From NCBI GenBank assembly GCA_030748775.1, contig JASMLH010000006.1, forward strand, positions 3,074-67,073: DNA of 64,000 nucleotides. Direction: 5' to 3'. Positions 56,879 through 64,000 of the stretch are shown here, in pieces. The stretch comes from Candidatus Thalassarchaeaceae archaeon. GTDB lineage: Archaea; Thermoplasmatota; Poseidoniia; Poseidoniales; Thalassarchaeaceae. The translations under genes were made by a program, and so were the position numbers. Within the stretch, counting starts at the first letter, position 1; every line of letters begins with the position of its first letter. The notes under the pieces are model-generated. The model had not been told where the DNA came from. It did no database searches and was given only the letters and a program-made list of their open reading frames with translations.

Positions 56879-59857
56879 TCAAACCATGCCGATTAGATGC
56901 TGGCCAGTGTAGCTCAGTGGCTCTCTGGCAACCTTGTCGGGAGTTCCAGTTGCAACAACTTCCCCCCCGAATTCCCCTCCCTCAGGTCCGAGATCGATTA
57001 TCCAGTCAGCGCACTTGATAACGTCCAGGTGGTGTTCGATTACAATCACAGTATGCCCATTTCGCCTCAGACGGAGGAGGACCTCAATCAGTTGGTGGAC
57101 ATCGGATAACCCAAGACCAGTAGTAGGTTCATCGAGGATGTAGAATGTATGCTTGCGAGGGGTCCGGTGTAGCTCAGTGGCCAGTTTAACTCTCTGTGCC
57201 TCCCCGCCTGACAGAGTCGTCGCGGGTTGCCCGAGACGGATGTAGCCAAGGCCCACGTCTCGTATTGTCTCGAGAATTCTGTGAATTCTTGGTTGTTTCT
57301 CGAAGAAGGAACAGGCCTCCTCCACACTCATCTCAAGAATGTCGTGGATGGTCTTGCCCCTCCACTTGGCCTCCAGGGTCTCGCGCGTGTACCTCTTGCC
57401 CTTGCACACCTCACAAGTGACCCATACGTCGGGAAGGAAGTTCATCTCTAGTTTGGTAGAGCCGGCACCACTGCAGGCCTCACACCTGCCCCCTCTGACG
57501 TTGAATGAGAATTGGCCTGGCTCATACCCCCTTTCCTTGGCCAACTTGGTCTTGGTGAAGAGTTCGCGGATCGGACCAAAGGCCCCAGTGTAGGTGGCTG
57601 GATTGGACCTTGGTGTTCGGCCTATGGGGGATTGGTCGATGACTATCGCCTTGTCGACCATCTCCAGACCGGATATCGAATCCACTGCTCCAGGGGATGA
57701 GTCGGTTCCGTGTAGTTCCCTGAGAAGCGCGGGGGCAAGGGTCTCGGACACCAAGGATGACTTTCCTGAGCCGGAGACCCCTGTGACAGCCACCATGCAG
57801 CCGAGAGGAATACTTACTTCTATGTCCTGGAGGTTATTCTGCCTAGCCCCCGAGATGGTTACCCATCGGTCCTTCTGAGGTGTTACGCGATCATCTGGAA
57901 TTGGAATGATTTGTCTCCCTGAAAGATAGGCCGCTGTGATGCTTTCCTCATTGGACAGTAGTTCATCGTAGGTTCCGTTGACCACCAGCTTCCCTCCGTC
58001 TTTCCCCGCACCCGGGCCTAGGTCGACTAGCCAGTCGGCCTGCTTCAGAGTGGCCTCGTCGTGCTCAACCACTAGTAGTGTATTACCTAGGCCTGTCAAC
58101 TCTCTAAGCGTCTCCAGTAATCTGCCATTATCGCGGGGGTGCAGGCCGATGCTAGGTTCATCCAAGACGTACATTACACCGGTTAGTCTTGTGCCTATCT
58201 GGGTTGCAAGGCGAATCCTTTGGCTCTCCCCACCCGACAGGGTATTTGCCCTACGATCCAGAGTCAGGTAGTCTAGTCCCACTAGTGCCAAGAAGCGGAG
58301 TCTGGACTCAATCTCCTTGACTATCTCCTTCGCGATGTACATCGTACGCTCGTCCAGTTTTTTTGTGGAGCGGACCGTGTCACTTGTTGGTGGCTCTCTT
58401 TCCAGCTTCTCCCAGGTATCGTCAAGTCCCCCGAGTCTCCAGTGCTGCACTACCGCAAGAGCCTCTAGAACACTGCAACGGGAAATTCCGGGAAGGTTGA
58501 CGCCCCCCACAGTCACTCTGCCCACTGCTTCATTCAGTTTGTCGCCGTTACATTCCGTGCAAGGCTCGTCATTCATGAAAGAAGAGAGCCGGGATCTGGT
58601 GCGGTCGGAACTTGTGTCTGTGTATGTCCTTCGGAGGCGAGAGAAAACCCCCTCCCATGGACGTGCCATTCGGTAAGAAGATCCTTTCTCAGAGGTAAAC
58701 TCGAATTCAATTACCGTAGATCCAGTTCCATTCAATAGGATGTCTTTGCTGTCATCGTCGAGTTCTCCGAAGGGCACGTCAGTTGGAATGGAGTAGTGAT
58801 CGCATGTCTGAGTCATCTGGCCCCTGTACCATCCCGACATCATCGAGCGTCGAAAGGGCCTGATGCAACCATCTGCAACAGTTGCAGTCCTGTCAATAAC
58901 AAGATCAGGCGAAAAGGAGCGTTGAACACCGAGGCCCTGGCACGCCGGACAGGCCCCCAATGGGTTGTTGAAAGAGAAAACCCTGGGGCTCATCTCAGGC
59001 AGGAAGGAGCCGTGCTCTGGGCAAGCGAACTCCTCGGAGTATGCAATAACCTCACCCTCTTGGGTTCTGAACCTCTGCTCCTCGGCGTTGTCTTCTCCTG
59101 GTTTAGGGGAGCTGAGGCTCTCCACGGCAACGGTTCCGGCTCCAAGCCTCAGTCCGGACTCCACCGCCTCGGTAAGCCTCTGACGGTTCGATGGGCTGAG
59201 TAGCAGTCTGTCCAACCGGACATCTATGTCATGCCTCAGGTTCTTCTCGAGCACTGGTGGCTCTTCGAAGCTGGCTTCCCTGCCATTCACCTTCCCTGCC
59301 AAGAGTCCCTGGTCAACTAAGGCAGAAAACAAATCCGCGTGAGTTCCCTTCCTGTTCCTTACTGTGGGACTCCAGATGGCAATCCCGTGTCCCTCAAACC
59401 TCCAGAGGACATCGTCGACTATCTCCTGCACGGTCCGCCTGCTAACCTCCCTACCACATTCCGGGCAGTGGGGTAATCCGACACGGGCCCAAAGTAGCCT
59501 CATGTAGTCCATCATCTCAGTAACCGTTGCTACTGTGGATCTTGGGTTATGACTGCCCTGCTTCTGATCTATACTAATTGCAGGAGAAAGTCCCTCGATA
59601 GAATCGCAATCGGGCTTCTTCATCTGACCGAGGAACTGCCTAGCGTACGAGCTCAGGCTCTCAACATATCTTCTCTGTCCTTCGGCATACAGAGTGTCGA
59701 AGGCGAGGCTTGACTTGCCGGACCCGGAAACACCTGAAATAACGACGAACTTTCCTCTCGGGATACTGACATTGATGTCCTTGAGATTGTGAGTCCGGGC
59801 ACCCCTAATCTCTATCCATCCATCCTTGGCGAATCCGTTTTTCTTCCACTGGGACAT
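56879..59857 (-). CDS. uvrA: Excinuclease ABC subunit A
   Basis: GARTHNLK, two GVSGSGKSSL Walker A motifs, LSGGESQR and LSGGEAQR, Zn-finger motifs. Confidence 0.97.
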   Translation of the reverse strand: MSQWKKNGFAKDGWIEIRGARTHNLKDINVSIPRGKFVVISGVSGSGKSSLAFDTLYAEGQRRYVESLSSYARQFLGQMKKPDCDSIEGLSPAISIDQKQGSHNPRSTVATVTEMMDYMRLLWARVGLPHCPECGREVSRRTVQEIVDDVLWRFEGHGIAIWSPTVRNRKGTHADLFSALVDQGLLAGKVNGREASFEEPPVLEKNLRHDIDVRLDRLLLSPSNRQRLTEAVESGLRLGAGTVAVESLSSPKPGEDNAEEQRFRTQEGEVIAYSEEFACPEHGSFLPEMSPRVFSFNNPLGACPACQGLGVQRSFSPDLVIDRTATVADGCIRPFRRSMMSGWYRGQMTQTCDHYSIPTDVPFGELDDDSKDILLNGTGSTVIEFEFTSEKGSSYRMARPWEGVFSRLRRTYTDTSSDRTRSRLSSFMNDEPCTECNGDKLNEAVGRVTVGGVNLPGISRCSVLEALAVVQHWRLGGLDDTWEKLEREPPTSDTVRSTKKLDERTMYIAKEIVKEIESRLRFLALVGLDYLTLDRRANTLSGGESQRIRLATQIGTRLTGVMYVLDEPSIGLHPRDNGRLLETLRELTGLGNTLLVVEHDEATLKQADWLVDLGPGAGKDGGKLVVNGTYDELLSNEESITAAYLSGRQIIPIPDDRVTPQKDRWVTISGARQNNLQDIEVSIPLGCMVAVTGVSGSGKSSLVSETLAPALLRELHGTDSSPGAVDSISGLEMVDKAIVIDQSPIGRTPRSNPATYTGAFGPIRELFTKTKLAKERGYEPGQFSFNVRGGRCEACSGAGSTKLEMNFLPDVWVTCEVCKGKRYTRETLEAKWRGKTIHDILEMSVEEACSFFEKQPRIHRILETIRDVGLGYIRLGQPATTLSGGEAQRVKLATELHRTPRKHTFYILDEPTTGLGLSDVHQLIEVLLRLRRNGHTVIVIEHHLDVIKCADWIIDLGPEGGEFGGEVVATGTPDKVAREPLSYTGQHLIGMV

Positions 59858-59966
59858 CGGTTCACCTCGTACAGGGGGGCGGGTCGTGTCACGCTCCTTT
59901 GAATCCATGCATACATCCTCATACATCGGATTGCAATCGCAATCGGACGCACTTAGGGATAGTGGC

Positions 59967-61235
59967 TCAAATCAGCCAGAGAGCGTCGATCGTCTCGCCC
60001 TCTTCAGAGTCTGTTCCCGGAGGGAGAAGAGACAGGGCATTGTGAGCGACCATGCTGTGTATGTTTCCACTTCCTTGGTGGGTACTGGAGGAGCCCACGA
60101 GGGAGTCTCCCTCCTGCCTGATGAAAATCCGTCTCAAGCAGAGTTTGCCTTTTGCACCTTTCAGAGGCTCTTCCATTATCACCCTGACTCTATGTGCCAA
60201 CCTAGGTCCCGTTTCATAATCTGCACCCATGCACTTGGATATCCACTCGGATACAAGAACTGTGAACACTACATGGCTGCTAACAGGGTTTCCAGGCAAG
60301 CCGAAAATAGGAGTTCCATTCCATTTCCCGAAGAGGGGGGGTCCTCCTGGTCTCATCATTACTCTCCAGAAACCAATGTCCCCTTCATCCTCCATTAGGG
60401 TACGAACGATGTCCCACTTGCCCATACTCACCCCCCCGCTGGTGATTATGGCATCGCATGACTCTGCGGCTTCATCGAGGGTTTCCCTCAATAGTTCGAT
60501 GGTGTCCGGGATTATTGCGAATCTTTCAGGGTCTCCTCCCATCTTCTTAATCAAGGCGGCAATTCCATACGTGTTCGACTCGAAGATTTCTCCGTCGGCT
60601 AGTGGTTCTCCTGGAGGAGTAAGCTCGTCACCTACACCAATCACAGCAATCTTGGGTCTGGAAACCACTTCCAGCACACTGTGCCCCATGGTGGCAGCAA
60701 GAGAGGTTGCTGCTGGGGTTAGGACGGAGCCGGCAATCAGTGCTATGGCCCCCCTCTCTAGGTTCTCACCTTTCTTGCGGATGTAATGGGGTCTAGCTGG
60801 ACCGTTGATGGTTACACGTTCTCCCTCCGTTGACGAGTCTTCGATTATGACAATCGCATCCGCCCCCTCCGGAAGGGGGGCACCGGTCATGATACTGCAG
60901 GCCTCGCCCTTGCCTATTGAGGGAGTTGTGCTGGAGCCGGCCTGACTCGAGCCAACTATCCTCAAGACGGTTCCTTTGTCCTTGCAGTCGGCTTTCCTAA
61001 CGGCCCATCCGTCCATTGCCGAGTTGTCGAACCTGGGATCGTCCACCTTTGACGCCATATCCCTCGCAAGCATCCTTCCCGCTGCATCCTCCAATGGAAC
61101 GGTCTCTGTCGTCCTGAGAAAAGGAGACTCGAGGGCTATTTCCAAGGCCCGGGCCAGAGTTACACCCTTCTCCACGGCCTGCGAGAACCGATGGAGTTGA
61201 AGTGTGCTTCCCAGACCGGTCCTCGTGGTTTCCAT
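59967..61235 (-). CDS. moeA: Molybdopterin molybdotransferase
   Basis: FDNSAMDGWAV, IMTGAPLPEGAD, GDEL, SGGVSMG, FGLPGNPVS, QGSG; start uncertain (61235 or GTG 61175). Confidence 0.93.
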   Translation of the reverse strand: METTRTGLGSTLQLHRFSQAVEKGVTLARALEIALESPFLRTTETVPLEDAAGRMLARDMASKVDDPRFDNSAMDGWAVRKADCKDKGTVLRIVGSSQAGSSTTPSIGKGEACSIMTGAPLPEGADAIVIIEDSSTEGERVTINGPARPHYIRKKGENLERGAIALIAGSVLTPAATSLAATMGHSVLEVVSRPKIAVIGVGDELTPPGEPLADGEIFESNTYGIAALIKKMGGDPERFAIIPDTIELLRETLDEAAESCDAIITSGGVSMGKWDIVRTLMEDEGDIGFWRVMMRPGGPPLFGKWNGTPIFGLPGNPVSSHVVFTVLVSEWISKCMGADYETGPRLAHRVRVIMEEPLKGAKGKLCLRRIFIRQEGDSLVGSSSTHQGSGNIHSMVAHNALSLLPPGTDSEEGETIDALWLI

Positions 61236-61245
61236 CGAGCTCAGC

Positions 61246-61983
61246 ATGGTTCTGGTGGGCTTGTTCGCAATTGCGGTACTCTACTCTTCGGTAGGGCATG
61301 GAGGAGGTTCGGGGTACTTGGCTGTACTTTCCATGACCTCCTTCGCAAGCACGCAGGCGATTTGGCTCAAGCAGTATGCATGGTCTCTGAACCTGATTGT
61401 CGCTTCCCTGGCATTCTGGCATTACAGTAAAGAAGGACATCACGACATGCGACTGTCCTTACCATTCATCGTGGCGAGTGTGCCCCTAGCGACACTCGGG
61501 GGGTACCTGCTCGTCGAGGGTCGTTTGTACGACCTGCTGCTCTCAGTCGCATTGGTAGCAGCCGCATGGCGCCTGTTGTCGAGTGATGCGGGAATTGGGG
61601 AGGTCGCTAGGCCTGATACATCCAGAGCAGTAGCGGTAGGTGGGAGCATCGGGCTCGCTAGCGGGGTAATTGGGATTGGAGGAGGGATATTCCTCTCCCC
61701 AATTCTGATGCTAAACAAATGGGCCAGTGCGAAGGAGGCAGCAGCCACCGCATCCCTGTTCATCTGGATGAACTCGTTGGCGGGCCTAGCGGGTGCGGGC
61801 CTTTCAGGCAGGCTGGAGATTGACCTGGGGCTGCTGTTCCCTTTCTCATTGGCTGTGCTACTGGGTGGTTTGATTGGGTCGAGGCATGGTTCACAGGTGT
61901 CTTCCCAGACGAGCATCAGGGGTTTGCTTGTGGTGATTCTAATCGTCGCTGCGGTTAGGAGGATTATTGGCACTACAGTCTAA
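61246..61983 (+). CDS. TauE/SafE (TSUP) sulfite exporter family protein
   Basis: YSSVGHGGGSGY, GVIGIGGGIFLSP, FIWMNSLAG; start uncertain. Confidence 0.88.
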   Translation: MVLVGLFAIAVLYSSVGHGGGSGYLAVLSMTSFASTQAIWLKQYAWSLNLIVASLAFWHYSKEGHHDMRLSLPFIVASVPLATLGGYLLVEGRLYDLLLSVALVAAAWRLLSSDAGIGEVARPDTSRAVAVGGSIGLASGVIGIGGGIFLSPILMLNKWASAKEAAATASLFIWMNSLAGLAGAGLSGRLEIDLGLLFPFSLAVLLGGLIGSRHGSQVSSQTSIRGLLVVILIVAAVRRIIGTTV

Positions 61984-62790
61984 CTAGCCACCAAGGACGT
62001 GTTTGACTGCGTTGTGGAATATCGGCATACCCTCGCCCTCTCCGTGAGTGGTTTCCTCCCTTGTCCAGGTGGCACCCAGCCAAGTAGAGTGGTTCGCCTC
62101 AGGATGAGGCATTAGGCCGAACACCAACCCGGAGGGATCGCAGACTCCTGCCACGTTCCTCCAGCTTTGGTTGGGGGATGTGGGGTAGGGCAGTATCTCA
62201 TCTCCGGCGCTCGGGTAATCGTCACACGGATCGACGTACCTAGCGACCAGTTGGCCCGAGTCTGCCCATCTGTCCATTAAAGACAGGTCATCGGTGACGA
62301 ACTTGCCTTCGCCATGTCGGACTGGGACACGGATTCTCTTCAGTCCATTTGTCCAGATGCACGGACTCTCTGGGTCGAACTCAAGGGTAGCCCATCTGTT
62401 CTCGTAGTGGCCGCTATCGTTGAGCGCCAGTGAGGCCGTTTGGGATAGGCTGACCTCATCATCACCTGGGAGCAGCCCCATCTTGACAAGTACCTGGAAC
62501 CCGTTGCATATTCCGATAACGGGATTTCCTGCCTTCACGAACTCCCTGACCTGTTCCCTCAAGCCGAACCTCAACCTGTTTCCGAGCAGTCTCCCGCTGC
62601 CGAGGTGGTCTCCGAAGGAGAATCCCCCCGGGATGGCAAGAATCTGGTATTGAGAAAGACTGGAGTCACCGCTCACAAGCCGGTTCAGGTGAATCTTCTC
62701 TGCAGAGGCACCTGCCATCTCGAAGACGGCAGCGGTCTCTGTCTCGCAGTTTATCCCGAAGCCAGAAAGTACGGCTACCTTGGGAGTCAA
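61984..62790 (-). CDS. purQ: Phosphoribosylformylglycinamidine synthase glutaminase subunit
   Basis: GINCE, PGGFSFGD, GICNGFQ, HGEG, GLMPHPE. Confidence 0.95.
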   Translation of the reverse strand: MTPKVAVLSGFGINCETETAAVFEMAGASAEKIHLNRLVSGDSSLSQYQILAIPGGFSFGDHLGSGRLLGNRLRFGLREQVREFVKAGNPVIGICNGFQVLVKMGLLPGDDEVSLSQTASLALNDSGHYENRWATLEFDPESPCIWTNGLKRIRVPVRHGEGKFVTDDLSLMDRWADSGQLVARYVDPCDDYPSAGDEILPYPTSPNQSWRNVAGVCDPSGLVFGLMPHPEANHSTWLGATWTREETTHGEGEGMPIFHNAVKHVLGG

Positions 62791-64000
62791 CGGGGACCAC
62801 CTCCGTGTAGGGCCCCCTTCCAGGAGCTCCTCAATTCTGGCATGGATGCGGACAAAATTTGCTCTCCACCCCTGAAGACCGTGATATCGTCTCCATCCGA
62901 GACCTCTCCCAGAAAGTGACAGGAGATTTCCCCCATGGAATCCTCGAAAGCCGCTCTATCGTCTGGCTTCACACTGACTAGGATTCGCCCGAGGCTTTCT
63001 CCGAACAATGCGCCCCAGGAATCCAGATTTTCACAATCGGACCAGAGTGGCGAGATGTCCACTGAAGCCCCAGAGTCGGAGCCGAAGCAGCATTCGGCAA
63101 GGGCAACTGCTAGGCCTCCGTCGCTGCAGTCGTGAGCACTTGCTACGAGCCCGTCGCTCATCGCTGAAGTTAGAGCGCGGTATGCGGACAAGTTCCGCTT
63201 AGGGTCTATCTCCGGTACTGCCCCCCCTATGCCACCAATTCCCTCTTCCCGAAGCATGAAGGACAGTTCGCTGGCACCCAATTCCTGATGGGTCTCCCCA
63301 ACCAGGAAAATTGAGTCTCCCGGCCTCTTGAAGTCGGACGAGACCGCCTTCTTGACGTCTACGTGGTTCCCAAGAAGGCTGAACAGGAGGGTGGGTGGAA
63401 CGCTGATCTTCTCGCCTCCCAACATCGCGTCGTTCTTCATCGAGTCCTTGCCACTGATGCATGGAAGCCGGTAGGCCCTGCAGACATCGTCGAGAGCCCT
63501 GTTGGCCCTAACCAGTTGGGCGAGCTTGTATCTCCCATCCGGGGTCTTGCTAGACTCTATGGGATCTGGCCAGCAGAAGTTATCGAGACCCGCTATCATC
63601 TCTAGATCCACCCCTACGCAAACCGCATTACGCAGAGCCTCGTCTACTGAAGCGGCTGCCATTGCGTAAGAGTCGATGTCGGAGTACCTGGGAGCGATTC
63701 CATTCGAAATCACAAGGCCCTGGGTTCCCCCCTGGATTGGGGCGATTACTGCTGCGTCGCCAGGGGCGTCATGGTTAGCTCCGCAGAACGGCTTAATGAC
63801 ACTCTGAGCGATGACCTCGTGATCGTACGAGCGTACCCACCACTCCTTGCTGGCTACGTTTGGCCTTGCAATCAGCCTCCCCAGAAGCCCTCCCATTCCT
63901 CCTGGGTCTAGTTCTGGTGTCTCGATGGGCAAGTGCACTGGGGGGTCCCACTCGGATTCCAGTCTGAGTTGCGGGCATCCCTCATGCAGAAAGTGTATGG
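62787..64000 (-). CDS. purL: Phosphoribosylformylglycinamidine synthase synthetase subunit (partial, 5' end outside window)
   Basis: FLHEGCP, YDHEV, LDNFCWP, ISGKDSM, AHDCSDGGL, LFGES; frame open to the window edge. Confidence 0.95.
   Translation of the reverse strand, partial: IHFLHEGCPQLRLESEWDPPVHLPIETPELDPGGMGGLLGRLIARPNVASKEWWVRSYDHEVIAQSVIKPFCGANHDAPGDAAVIAPIQGGTQGLVISNGIAPRYSDIDSYAMAAASVDEALRNAVCVGVDLEMIAGLDNFCWPDPIESSKTPDGRYKLAQLVRANRALDDVCRAYRLPCISGKDSMKNDAMLGGEKISVPPTLLFSLLGNHVDVKKAVSSDFKRPGDSIFLVGETHQELGASELSFMLREEGIGGIGGAVPEIDPKRNLSAYRALTSAMSDGLVASAHDCSDGGLAVALAECCFGSDSGASVDISPLWSDCENLDSWGALFGESLGRILVSVKPDDRAAFEDSMGEISCHFLGEVSDGDDITVFRGGEQILSASMPELRSSWKGALHGGGPR

Noticed and set aside
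1-64000. CRISPR array, rRNA, IS/transposase, prophage, intein or tRNA intron
   Set aside because: No regularly spaced repeats or hallmark proteins seen; both tRNAs are intron-less and the proteins have normal lengths.
1-64000. Apparent abundance of CTAG tetramers as a methylation-related signal
   Set aside because: Visual impression only; it needs an observed/expected k-mer calculation that was not run.

Overview
Gene-dense archaeal chromosomal segment, most consistent with Marine Group II Euryarchaeota (Ca. Poseidoniales). This rests on archaeal markers (PriL, Pcc1, MptE, phosphopantothenate synthetase, archaeal DnaG, thermosome, geranylgeranyl reductase) mixed with bacterial-like metabolic genes and large secreted Ig-repeat and Asp-box proteins; it is an inference, not a database result. 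About 60 CDS and two tRNAs (Cys-GCA, Leu-GAG) were found. No CRISPR array, rRNA, transposase, integrase or prophage was seen. Most notable observations: (1) an orphan N6-adenine DNA-methyltransferase-like gene whose catalytic NPPY/W motif reads RPPW, abutting a putative RHH/coiled-coil/winged-helix gene; (2) an overlapping aminotransferase-speD-like-DHS-like trio with no speE, suggesting a homospermidine-type polyamine route; (3) a five-hairpin structured region in the dnaG 5' leader; (4) an MMPL-SDR-twin Asp-box lipoprotein cluster downstream of GGR and a HAD phosphatase; (5) a 13-bp FFRP-type palindrome overlapping the start codon of an Lrp gene. All calls come from motif recognition by eye, and start codons are best estimates.
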